Under the pieces are notes generated by a model that saw only the letters and a list, made by a program, of their open reading frames with translations, was not told where the DNA came from and did not search any database. A program made the translations under genes and the position numbers. Positions 25,874 through 48,770 of a DNA stretch of 64,000 nt are shown here, piece after piece (the stretch's first letter is position 1; each line of letters starts with the position of its first letter). The stretch is from Auanema rhodensis (taxonomy: Eukaryota > Animalia > Nematoda), in NCBI GenBank assembly GCA_964057225.1, contig OZ059899.1:16368001-16432000 (forward strand). The letters run 5' to 3'.

Positions 25874-27827
25874 ATGACCGATGTAGCCAAGAAAAATTTT
25901 GGTTCTTTAGCTACCGTTGAAGCGGTTCAGGCTATAAGAGTAAGACATATAACTTATTTCTAATTGTTATTGACAATCATTCAGGCTAATACTGAAGTAG
26001 CTTCTGACAGCAAGGCTGAAAGAATGGCCATTGATCCAATTCATAGTCAACAAGAAAATCAGATGTTAGCAGAATTTGAACGTAGAAGAAAAGCTAGGAC
26101 TTTAACTTTACCTACTGATGATGTACAGGTATGTGTTTTATGATGGGTTCTGCTATATATTTTTCTAAGGTTAAATTGCGTCTTAGAAGATTAAATCAAC
26201 CTATCTGTTTGTTTGGTGAAGATATTCTTGATAGACGTGAACGTCTTAGAGCTATTCTCTCGACTTTATCAGAAGATCAAGTTACTGCTATTCTTCACAC
26301 CGATGAAGTTTGTTAAAAAATTTTATGATTATTATTTTTGTTTTTGAAGGCTTATGTTGAAAAGCCTGACGAAGAGACTACAACATGGTATCACAGAGGT
26401 CCCTCATCTCTTAGAGCAGCTAGGGTTGCCATCGCTGATTTCTCTTTAAGACGTGCTAAAGCCAGGTTGTTCCTTCAAAGATTCAATTTAAAGTACATGT
26501 TATTTTTCAGACTTGACAAAGCACGCGAAGACTTGAATAGACCTTCTCACGAAAAAGCTCTCGCCAGACAAGAAGCTCATAAATGGGTTCAACAACTAAA
26601 CTTGCATGCTTCTCAAGTCGCAGACTCTAGACCGGTTGCATTTTGTGAATTTTCTCCGGATTCTGAGCATATAAGTAAGTTCACTTCTTATTCCATTGCT
26701 AGTTTACTGTTTTGTTCTATAGTTACGGCTGGTTGGTCTGGACAACCATGCTTGTGGAAAAGAGAAAACTGCGAACGTCTTATACGTTATACTGGGCACC
26801 AATCTCAATGTGGTTGTGCTCGTTTTCATCCTGGTGCTTTTGTAGCCAACGATCCTTCAACTTTAAATGTTGCATCTAGTGGTCATGATGGTTATTCCTT
26901 CCATCTCTTCATTTATTAATTATTGATTTAAAGGTACTGTCTACTTATGGGCATTGGACAGAGATACACCATTAGCTCAATTGGAATCACACCCTGCCCG
27001 TGTTTCCCGAATTGCATTCCATCCTAATGGAAGACATTTAGCTACTGCTTGGTATTTTTCAATTTATTGTTTCTTTCTTTATATTTCGCTTCAGTTTTGA
27101 TAGTTCATGGAGAATGTTTGATGTTGAGACTGGTGAAGATTTGTTATTTCAAGAAGGTCATGCTAAGGTTTGCTCGAAATTTTAATTCTAATTTTTTAAT
27201 GATAATCACACGGATTTAGTCAGTTTCTGATGTCGCTTTTCAATGTGATGGATCCGTTGCATTAACAGCTGGTCATGATTGTTATGGTAGAGTTTGGGAC
27301 ATGCGTACTGGTCGTTGTATTATGTTCCTCGATGGTCATACTAAAGAAATACATGCAGTAGAATGGATGCCCAATGGGTAAGAGCTTTTTGAAATTGCTT
27401 ATTATTTGATCGTCTTATAGTTATGAAATGGTTACCGGCAGTGCTGACAATTCTCTTAAAATATGGGATTTACGTATGAGAAAATGTACATATACCATGC
27501 CTTCTCATACCAGTGTTGTATCCAGAGTTCGTGCTGATAATAAGGGCCAATATATCATTTCAAGTAGTTTCGATTGTACATTAAAGGTAATATCAAAATG
27601 CCTTTTATTTTTTTATTTTTTTTTATTTTAGCTTTGGTCTGCAACAGGGTGGCAACCTCTTCGTCAACTGCAAGGACATGACACCAAGGTATTTAAAAAC
27701 TTCTTGACTGCTTGAAATTTTTTAATTATTACAGATTATGTGCGTCGACATAAGTCCCGACAGTAAATGGATAATTTCTGCGGCATTTGATCGAACATTC
27801 AAGTTATGGTGTCAATCGGAGTATTGA
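25874..27827 (+). CDS. prp-4: U4/U6 snRNP protein Prp4 (PRPF4; SFM domain plus WD40 repeats)
   Basis: [19 protein letters not shown]|[27 protein letters not shown]; [28 protein letters not shown]; WD40 repeats ([43 protein letters not shown]). 170 bp after the rpb-3 stop, with tttaaag|ATG. Confidence 0.96.
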
Positions 27828-28049
27828 TTTTACTGACATCTTATTGATAAATTTGTTCGGCAATCAGTAATTTCCGTGTTGTTTTGCGATCTCGAAGATT
27901 ATAAAGCAGTTTTATTTAGCATTGTTTATTGTTTCTTGCTTACAAAAGTATACAGTGATTGAATTTTACCCGAGTTGGAATCATAATAATGAGATAAATT
28001 TACAAAATTAGAAACATTTTTAGTGTTTGTTTGCACAAACAATACCTAG

Positions 28050-28469
28050 TTACACATTGCTTTGTCGGAGACCTGCTACTTTCTGTATTTTTTTTCCGCA
28101 CATTGCACAAATACCTTTCTCATATGCACAATTCTGACAATAATGAGACCCTACTTGGTGTATAGAGCATTTACAAAGCCTGCATTTGACTCCAGCGATT
28201 GTAGCTCTAAAAAAATTCATTAAAAAATAAGCAATCACACATTAACTTCAATAAAGCTAAAAAATGTAAATTTTTACTTTTTCTGGACTCCAATCAGTTT
28301 ATTCGTCGATCCACTAGGTTTAGCTTTATTCACACCTCCACCCAACCCTTTGTTATGAAGTTTATTTCTATAAGGATCAACACCAACAATTTTTGTTAAT
28401 TTTTTCTCGCCTAAAAAGAATATATATGTACATAAAGAAATAGAAAAACTTACATGTAGCACAAACCAT
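28050..28469 (-). CDS. CRIPT: Cysteine-rich PDZ-binding protein (CRIPT)
   Basis: MVCATCEKKLTKIVGVDPY...NKLIG...KCRLCKCSIHQVGSHYCQNCAYEKGICAMCGKKI...RQSNV* (class I PDZ-binding tail); three exons. Confidence 0.95.
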
Positions 28470-28962
28470 ATTTGAATATTATGAGTCTAATTCGTTATTT
28501 TAAAGCCTCTATTAGTTTGCGTAGTTTATTTAAGATTAGACGGCCATACGTAATATCTCGTAAGACTGAAGGTTGTCCACTTCGGGGAAGACAACGAGGG
28601 CTGCTGACCTCTTTCTAAACTTGCCCCAATATCAAAATTATTTAGTAGTGTGTGACACCACCGGTTGGAATACAATTATGCAAATATATCTTGTCGAATT
28701 CATGAAATGTGTTCCAGTTGTCCTATTGTCATTGATTAGGCTTGGGAGTGACCTTTGCTTAGTAATAATTTGTGTTTTCTTCTTACCTTCGTTATTTGGC
28801 CAATTCAGCATGTGCTAGCCGAGTAACAACCTTTTTGTTTTCCTGTTCATTTTTTCAAATGCATGGGACCGTTTATAGTACTTTTCTATTTTTCATATTG
28901 ATTACCCGTTTGTCTTCTTTCTTACCTAGTCTACCTAGTCTGATCCAATTTTCTTTAGGGTG

Positions 28963-31900
28963 ATGCATTTGTTTTTATTATTTTTGTATTGTATAACGAT
29001 ACTCTCATGCAAAGTTTATGGATCTGATTCTGACTTTACGAAATTTACTGTTCAAATGATAGGATACAGCCCTCAACAAGTATTAATATATCTCTTTTAT
29101 TTTTTAATCTATTAACTTTAAAGAACGACGATTATGTAGCTGTTTCTCGCCAAGCAATTCCTGGATATATCGGTTAGATATTTAAAATTAAAAACCATTA
29201 TTCATTGTCTTCTCTAGTTGGTTTCGAGCCTCTGGCCAACGCTGATAGAGTCCATCACATGCTTTTATATGGCTGTACTGTTCCATATGGTGATCAGTTT
29301 TGGAAAGGAATGAGTACTTGCGGTAGAGGAGGCTCGCATATCTTATATGCGTGGGCAAGAAATGGTTTGAATTTCCCTTTTTATGGTCACATATATTGTT
29401 CTAGCTCCCGACCTTGAGCTTCCTGAAAATGTGTCTTTCTCTGTTGGTCATGAAAACGATGGAATCCGTTATTTCGTCCTTCAGGTAATTAACTCGAACG
29501 AGATTAAAAAAATTTTTTTTACAGGTGCATTATGCCCAACCTTTTGCCGGAAACGTTAAAGACTTTTCTGGAGTTACTCTACATATTTCGCAAAAGCCAT
29601 CAGCAAATCTTGCTGCAGTTATGTTATTTGTTTCTGGCGAACCAATTCCACCAGTTCAAGCCCAGCATCAAGTGAACATTTATGATCATATTTTTATTAT
29701 TGTTTAATTTTTACAGAACAATATTTCTTGTGCTTACGATTCTGCAACTGACATTCATCCCTTTGCTTTTCGAACTCATACACATGCAATGGGTCGTGTT
29801 GTTTCCGCTTATAATAGACACCAAAATACCTGGACAAAAATTGGAGCGAGAAACCCACAATGGCCTCAAGTGAGTTTTTATTCGTTTTTCGTAATGTTAT
29901 TCTATTTGAAATTTGATTTTCGTATTAATAGTTAACCTGACGTTCATGCACTGACCGGAATCATTTTTATTTCCGCTTGTGATTAAACCGGTTGTATATT
30001 GAACGTGTCATGTTATTAGTTTTTTTTTATCTTTTATTGTTGCTACTGATATTATCAGTATAATCGATGAAGAAAGGTATATATTTTTTTTGAAATTGCC
30101 CATATTTCACATTTTTTAAATTTTGATTTATGTTTTTGTTTCAGCTTTTCGAACAAGTCCAAGAACCTCTCACAATTAAATATGGTGATGTTATGGCTGC
30201 TAGCTGTCGATTTGATTCTCATGATAAGACAAAGTGGACACCTATGGGGTTTGTCAAATTCCTTGTGTTTGCGCATATGTCAATCTTTGACGTTTGAACT
30301 TTGCAAACAATGAAATCATTATCAAAGATTCAACAAAAATTGAATTTGTAGAGCAATGGGAACGGATGAAATGTGTAACTTTTACATGATGTTTTACTGG
30401 GATGCTAATAGTCCAAATCCTTTCCCCAATGGTGCCATATGTAGTGGCAACCAAGTGCAGGTTGGATAAATTTTATAATTTTACGAGGATAGTTTGACTG
30501 AAATAACTACTGCTGAATTTATTTCAGGATGCCTTTATCAATTTCCCCACGCAAGGATTTGAGTTATTGCCCCGACGGCCAGAATTAGAGCATCATGCTC
30601 ATCAGAGTACTGTACGTTTATAATGTTCATCTCATCATAATTTGAGCTCTTACAGGCTCCTTTTGGTGTTGTTGAACAATTTGCTGTTGGTAAAATTGGG
30701 AACATCAATCTTGGTCAGGTAGCAGGTCTTACATTTGATCCGACAGGAAATCTAATTGTTTTCCATAGAGCCGATAGAGTTTGGAACGCAAAGTGATTTA
30801 TTTTATTAATTTAGTTGCAAATTTATATAATTTCAGCACGTTTGATAATTATAATATTCTAATTGATAAAACACCTATTAACAAAGATGTTATTTTGATA
30901 GTTGATGTTAGTGGAGTGAAACCAAAACTTTTGAAATCTCTTGGAAAGAATAAGTGAGTTTGTCTTTTAACTTTGTATTTATTTAAAACTGTTCTGAATT
31001 TCTTTAGATTTTATTTACCACATGGTATCTATGTTGATCATGAAGGATTTTTATATACCACTGATGTTGGATCTCATTTGGTTTCAAAATTCAAAATCAC
31101 TGATAATGGTTCTATCATATCTTCTTTTATTATTACTATTATTTTATTGTTTTATAGATTTGGAATTAGTCTGGCAGTTAGGAGAACTTCTCATGCCTGG
31201 AGTAGATGATAAGCATTTTTGCAAGCCTGCTTCTATTGTTCGTGAAGGTCTTTATTATTGTAGAAAAGAGTTTTATATCCGTTTTTATTCAGGAGATATC
31301 CTTTATGTCGCTGATGGCTACTGTAACAGCAGAGTGGTTAAGATTTCTCTGGATGGAAAGCGATTAGTAAGATTCTTTGATTTTGTATATTCATGCCATC
31401 GTACTTAGGATTCTTTTGGTCTCCCTGGTAATGGACCTGTGCAATTCCAACTTCCCCATGATATTAGGGTGAATGCAAAAGTAAGCGAAAATAAGTTTAT
31501 TCGTCAATTAGCGTTAAATAAATACAGAAAAACCTGTTAGTTGCCGACAGAGAAAATGGTAGAGTCCAGGAGCTTACAACAAGTGGACAATTTGTTCAGG
31601 AATACGCATCCAGGTATATTTTATAGTTGTATTTGTTTCAACCTTCTCTTTATATTTAGCCTTTTTTCTAACATTTACTCTGTTGATGAATTTGGAGAAT
31701 ACGTTTTCATGATCCCTGGGAGACTAAATACCCTAAGTGTCAATGCTGTAAATTCCTTTTGTAAAACACTATTGGAACATTCTAATTTTAAGAATAAACT
31801 GGACATTGAAGTTTACGTAGGAAGGGCAGGGACTGGCCTGATCGAGTTTGGCTTCAGCGGAACTTCGAAATCTTTTGGAGCTCCCCATGTTCTCCGAATT

Positions 31901-32336
31901 GACGCTCAAGGAGAAAATATATTTATCGGGGATATTACTGAAGGAAGTCCACTCTTATGGAAGTTTCACGTAATTAATCGCGCATTCTTAGAGAATAAAC
32001 GTTTAGTTTTAGATTCAAAAAGAAGAATCACCCAATCAAGCAAAATCTGTATCTATAAATGGATATAGTGCTTTGAAAAATGGTAATCCATCTACATTGC
32101 CTCTTTTGCTAGTTGTAGCTACAGTTGTATTAATTGGAGTTTTCGCTTACCGTAGAAAGATAAAGCCATCAAATGGCTTCGATAGAACGGTATGTTTAGC
32201 TTTAAATAGTTGTCATTGTTCCCACAGAGAATTGAGTAGTCAGCCTCTATTTGATCAAATGTATTTTCAGGGTTTTAAACCTGTAAGAACCGATGAGAAC
32301 ATCGCTTTTATAAGTGATGACAGTGACAGTGAATGA
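28963..32336 (+). CDS. pamn-1: Bifunctional peptidylglycine alpha-amidating monooxygenase (PHM + PAL, type I membrane protein)
   Basis: Signal peptide. PHM Cu ligands RVHHMLLYGC, LQVHY, FRTHTHAMGR, DEMCNFYMM. PAL NHL repeats FYLPHG, VADGYCNSR, LPHD, VADRENGRVQ, APHV. TM LLLVVATVVLIGVFAY, then acidic tail SDDSDSE*. Confidence 0.93.
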
Positions 32337-35300
32337 TTGCTCTACGTTCCTTCTATGCTTTATTTTCTACAGATGCTTGTGTATATTTATTATTCTGAAA
32401 CATTTTTATACATTCATTTTCCCATTTTCACTTTTGTAGTTGATATTTTGCTCGCTGGTAGGGTTTAGTTTGGGTTTTGACATATCCTGTGATCTATGGT
32501 TGTGTATATCAGGTGTTTTTCATTGCTTAGTCATCATTATTCCATCTTTTCTTATGTTTCTATTACTTATACATAACTTATTTCTTCTCCTTCTTGTGCT
32601 ATGCAGATATTGGATATATAGATGTCATCGAAAATCAAAATTTTAATGGATCTGATTATTCGTACCTTTTTATTCGAGATATACATATATAAAATATATT
32701 TAATTGGAAGTATTTCTTTTTTTCCTGCCTTAATTGAAGAAAGTATTTACGCATATAGAGATATTTGATAGTGCTACTGCTAGAATTTCGCAACATAATG
32801 AATCTAACCAGTTAATAAAAGCGACGAAACCTATTAGTAGCGTGGGATCGATGCTCACATATGTGATTACTATGAGTGCCGCCGTATTCGACCAAGGAGC
32901 ATACTCCACTTGTTTCTCTATATCTTTTTCGTATTTGCCTTGTGACCTTTTCAGAGGTTTTCAGCGAAAATAGGAGGAATAATGAGCTTAGTCACCTCGT
33001 ACGATAGACCTTTGCCCTCTTTTTTGTCCTCATTATCTTCGCTTTTTCGCATCTTTTTATTTAGGTTTTTTGAAGTTAAAATGAGACAGCCCTATTCAAT
33101 CGTCTGTTCCCGCTTTCCCCATTCCTATTTCTGTTCTGAACGTTTTTACGTAGATTTCGCCGTTATAACTGTAATGTGTCTTCAATTAGTTCTTGTTGTA
33201 TTTTGATTCCTCGAAACCATCTTTACAAAGAACTAAATAAAACCTAAGCCACCCTGCTCTATTCATTCCACTCTTTTGGCTCCGGTGTATTCGCTTCATT
33301 GCCCACAATTCAGTCTGTAAAAGAGTTCTCGCTTCTTGTTCTCTTCTTTTCCTGTGGGCTAATATCTTCTCTCTTTCAGCATAACTTCATCTCGTCTAAT
33401 TTTAACGTCCGTCTTCTTGGGGTCGTAGTTTTTCTCCTCCGACCACTGGCCATTCATCGGCCGCTCTATGAGTGAATGTGTATGTGTGTGTCTGGGTGTG
33501 TATGAGTGCTAGAAGAATTGAAAAGAGGAAACGGCTAGAGAAACAGAGGAAGATCAAGGGAGAACACAGACCAAACGATAGACAGAGAACGAGTAAAAGA
33601 GAGACGAAACCAAAAAAAAGAAATTCGTAGTAAGCGATTGAGACCACAGACGTAACAAGGATGTCCACAAGCCGTTTTTGTCATGTTCCCTGGCCGTCAT
33701 CTTATTTTTCATCCTCATCCTCACCAGCCTCTTTCCCTATTTCTTATCTTAGGCGCAGATGTTGAGACGAACAAAAGATATTTCCCGCCAATTTACTTTT
33801 CGTATCTGAACCCCCATGATCACATCGAATACATGAGCAGATGATGACTCGAAGCTAGGGTCAGATTTCTGCTCGTTCTCTTTTCTCTCTATATCGTTTG
33901 CATACTAAGGTCCTAGTGACAGTTTTCTTTATATTTTACCTTTAGGATGAGATTCATATAGCATTAAAGGGTTTTACGTTTCTAAATAGCACCTGCCTCT
34001 CCCTCTTGCGCATCTCAGTTCGTTTTTAGTAGGTCAAATATAAAAGATCCCTTTTCCCCTCAAAAATGGGCAATGGGCACCAATATCAAGGCAGACTCAC
34101 AGCTAAGAAATAATGAGTGTCGAAGGGGAAGTTATGTTCTGAATGAACTAGTGTTATTAAAATCCGCTCTATATATGGATTGCTTTAAAACTAATTAATA
34201 TAGCTACATTGAAAGCTATAAAATGGTATTGCGATGGAGATTTATTTGGAATCATGCTTCCTCTCAGAGTTAAAGGAACTCGTAGTATTGATTAGAGCGC
34301 CAAACATGAGCCCCTTCATCGAACATACCCTCTGTTTCCCCACTCGGACGCACATGGGGAGAGGGTTAAGCGGGGAAATAGGGGAGGGGTGTGGTAAGAC
34401 AGAGAAAGAGGAACAAAAAAGAAATAATTTGGAAAGGAGAGAGAGAGAGAAAAAGAAAAATCAAGCGAGGTTTGACATAAAGAAAGCACGAACTAAAGAG
34501 AACGAAGGACGTTGATCTGGTCAATCAATTATTTTCTCAGTGTAGGCATCGCTACGTACAAGATCTATCTCCCTCAACAACAAAAAAAATATATCTCTGG
34601 TGAATGAGTGAGAATTGGAAAATCATCTAAAACGAGATGGAAGAACAATTCTTGGTATTTACTCCCTGCCCCCACGTGAGTATTGCAGTCTCATCGTCAC
34701 CGGTCGATCCCTAGTAGTAGCAATTAGATGGGATTAGTGCAGTAGACATGAAATAATGCCAAGATGGAGAACATCAACATTATGCAGGATGCTGGCCAAG
34801 CTCGTTAATTATTCTAATTAGCATGCTGCTGTTCGTGAAGGAGCGTTGATTCAAGCTATTGAGACCTGGGGCTAACTTGATGTGGGTAGATATGTGTTAC
34901 GGAAGAGGATCGATTGTGCCCGGTCCTATTACTGATTTAAAGGAGGCGAATTATGATAGGGAAAATTTTGACAAAAGATATTTAGTAGGAGGCTAATAAG
35001 ATATCTGCTTTCCGAAAAAAGTCAATTAAACGTTGAGGAAAATCAAGAAAAATAAGTATAATTATTATTAGTAAAAGGGTTCAGTTTCACAAATACTAAA
35101 ATGGGGCATAATTTATGAACATATATGTGTACCAAATATTTAATAGAAAATAAAGCAGATGATATGTAAAATGCTGTTCAGGCTATTTTCACGTGAACAA
35201 CCGTGGGAATCTATGAGAGCTACTTAGGCCATACTGGGGTCCCAACATCGTTCTCAATTGAACAAGAGACACATGAGTATTGAACCTATTCTCTAACTGC

Positions 35301-35804
35301 TGGTGCCGGGGGGAAGGTATCCTGCCTCACTGACCAGTCAACAGACGAAGAGCATATTCTTTTTTCGCTTTATATTACATGCCCCTTGCTTGCCATATCT
35401 GTATCTATTCTGACAAGTGAAAAGACTAAGACTGTCCCCGATGTGAATCGTCATTAGAGACACCGGAAAAACTGAGCCATATAAGCATGTTGTTTTGACG
35501 CTCAGTATGTCGATATGGCTAAAGTGACCATCTGCTGACCGGAGGCCAGTCCGGAACGCGTCGCGGATACGCGCGCGTGTCACGCCGTACCCTACCTCTC
35601 TGTTCTCTCTGACTTGCGCAGGCTATTTCGCACTTTTCACCACACCGGCTACTTATTTACAAATATTCTTACTAACTTGTACATGGACGCGCAGTTCTAT
35701 CTTAATTTTTTTCAAATTTTCAAATACCTTAAATGGAAGATGTTTTTTTATTGTTTTCTTGCAAATTAATGTCTAATGTTGCGTTCCGTTGATATGAACC
35801 TAGT

Positions 35805-36000
35805 TGTCTTTTCTCACTTCTTTCCTTCTTTCTCTCTCTTTGTCTCCCTTTCTCCCTCATCCTGTTTCCTTTCTCTTTTTCTATCTCCCTCTATATATCT
35901 CCATCCTTCTCTCTCTCTTTTTCTCTCTCTATATATATCTCCCTTTATATCTCTCTTTCTATCTCCCTTCCTCTTTTGCTCTCTCTTGTTTTCTCTGTCG
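35805..36000 (+). repeat. ~190 bp degenerate (CT)n polypyrimidine tract upstream of chd-7
   Basis: Almost pure C/T on the + strand, with recurring tctatctccc/tatatct units. Confidence 0.8.
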
Positions 36001-36441
36001 CACATATACACAAAAACCTCAGTTGATCCTTACTGCACACGTACGTGATTTCAATTTCTCTACTTTACCTTTTTTACCGAAAATTCTCATTTTTTATAAA
36101 TGATCTTGCTTTATAAGTATAAATATTTTTTTGTTATTTCATGTTTAAAGTTTCGACTATCCTTTTTAAATGCTCTCATCCACCTACATATGGAAAGGCG
36201 GATGAGTCGCGAAATTGATTCGTTGCATTGTGCTGAGATACTTAGACCTATCTTGAAACTTTCTTCTTCAAAAATGAATCTGTTGTTATGGCTGTTACGT
36301 TTTCATTTTATTTTTCTTTTGCGTGTAAATTGGTTGATTATAAAGCTGATCTTATGCATAAGCGTGATATTGAAATATTTCTTTTCAGATGCTATTTTGT
36401 TGAGTGTCACAAAAAAAGTTAGAAGACACTAAATTGGTGGA

Positions 36442-46848
<10,407 letters not shown>

Positions 46849-47489
46849 ACGTCATTATTAAAGTGTTCTAGGTTTCTCTTAAAGATTTCACTAGAATCTA
46901 GTTTGGGTGTTAACATTTTCCTCTCTATGATGGTGTACTGATCTCCCGCAACCCCGTTTTTTCTTTACGTTCTTATGTTAACTACTTTATTTCTGTATTA
47001 CTGTCTTGTATCTCGACCGATGATCTGCTGCCATGGGTCGTTAATATTCTCCACTTCTGTACAGTTCTTTATCCTGCCTTCTCTCTTCAAGCTGGTTGTT
47101 TTTGGAGTGCCCTGTAATATTCGTGGGTTGCGGCTTTCTGCGATCTTACTCATACCTGGTGACTATTGGTTTTATATCATACAATGAGTCTTACATGCCC
47201 TTGTAGTCGTATGTCTTTATGCTAAAACTTGATCTAATTTGTTATCACTAGTAATTTGGACGGTTTGAAATATTTACTTTTACACTTGTACATTTCTTTA
47301 TATAAACATAATATTATTAAATTCTTATCTGTTTTTCTTGGGGACAGCATATCATCTAACAAGAAAATTTTATGCGTATTTTACTATATGGCACGTTCTT
47401 GCTATACAGTACTGGCTGGACAACGACAAAATTTTTTGATGTCTGCACTCTCTCATTGAATAGCATTCAATGGGATGTCTCTCGTAAAT

Positions 47490-47520
47490 GTGTGTGCACC
47501 CGACACGGGTACGTTGCAGA
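47490..47520 (+). promoter_or_regulatory. Putative snRNA proximal sequence element (PSE) of U1
   Basis: GCACCCGACACGGGTACG at about -57 to -40 from the U1 start. Position and ACCCG core resemble the nematode snRNA PSE as I recall it. Confidence 0.45.
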
Positions 47521-47552
47521 ATTTTATGAATCCATTCAATGCCATGTCTCAT

Positions 47553-47714
47553 AAACTTACCTGGCTGGGGGTATCTTGCGATCACCAAGGCGGGATCCCT
47601 ATGGCGAGGCCTGATCATTGCACTTTAGATTGGGCTGACCCGTATGGCAGCCTCGAGTTGAGGTTCGCCAACAGCTTAATTTTTGAGTGGGGGGATGCGT
47701 ACGCGCGTCCCTAA
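47553..47714 (+). ncRNA. U1: U1 spliceosomal snRNA
   Basis: 5' AAACTTACCTGGCTGGGGG (5' splice-site pairing), loop I GATCACCAAG, loop II ATTGCAC, Sm site AATTTTTG (~47678), 3' GC-rich hairpin GGGATGCGTACGCGCGTCCC. Confidence 0.97.
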
Positions 47715-48020
47715 TATGGAGATAAGATAGAGCAATAATTGTAAAAGGAAAAGAACAAATCATAAATTTATAATAGAGAGCTTAAATCAATTTTACATGC
47801 TTTGTTTGCATATTTTATATACTTTTCAACAAGTATTATTAATATATTAAGAATTTGATCGCAATAAGGAAGCGGTTTTATCGTTCAATCTTGATACGTA
47901 GTTTGACGTCATAGGCCACGCTTTGAGAAAGGTATTCGATGCTCTATTGGCAAATTCAATCGTATACGTTGTCCTTGTTATATTTCATTCTATAAATTAA
48001 TTTTCTTCGAGTTTAGTACA

Positions 48021-48770
48021 ATGTCTGGTCTTCTGTCGGCAATTGAAAATTCGATGGGAAATATCCAATTGACAGAAGCAGAAGATCCCCGTAAAGGTTT
48101 GTATTAATAACGTTTTATTGTTGAAAAGCTTTTATTTAGCTAAAAAGAGGAAAGATTATATTGAATGGGAAGAATATTTCATGCTCACAGCGAAAATTAC
48201 ATCCATGAGAAGTAAAGATCCTACCTGCCAAGTTGGGTGTGTTATTATTGACGAGGATAAGCATATCGTTGGAACAGGCTACAATGGTTCGTTTGATTGT
48301 ATTTACATTAAAAATACGATTTGCTTTGTTTCAGGTTTTCCAGTAGGATGTAGCGATGATGAATTCCCGTGGGCTAAGGGAAACGAGAATCCTCTTAAAA
48401 ATAAATATGCTTACGTTGTTCATGCTGAAGCTAATGCTATTTTGAATAAGATTAAAGGTGATCTAAAAGTATGTTCGACGTTGAAATTAAATAGTTCTAC
48501 ATGTATATTTTCAGGGAGCAACACTTTACACCACAACGTTTCCTTGTAATGAATGTGCAAAATTAATTATTCAGGTTTGATGAACAAATATATTTTTAGA
48601 ATTAAGTATCATTTCAGTCGGGTATTAAACATGTTGTATTTCTTGAAGATAGAGATGAACCCAGCTTTCTAGCGTCAAAACTAATGTTTTCAGCAGTGAA
48701 CATGAGTTTACGTCAATTTCGCTTTGCCAATGAAGAATTAGTTATTAATCTGTCTAAGCGTAAAGCATAG
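48021..48770 (+). CDS. dctd-1: dCMP deaminase
   Basis: KKRKDYIEWEEYFM...RSKDPTCQVGCVI...GTGYNGFPVGCSDDEFPW...KYAYVVHAEANAILN...[26 protein letters not shown], with HAE and PCxxC zinc motifs. Confidence 0.95.

Noticed and set aside
34740-35000. Possible degenerate transposase or pseudogene fragment
   Set aside because: All frames I read are short, with no DDE/DDD or RT motif and no terminal repeats.
35776-36103. Overlapping ORFs on both strands
   Set aside because: Artefacts of the stop-poor CT tract.
47370-47714. ORFs over the GC-rich block
   Set aside because: The block is the U1 snRNA gene and its promoter.
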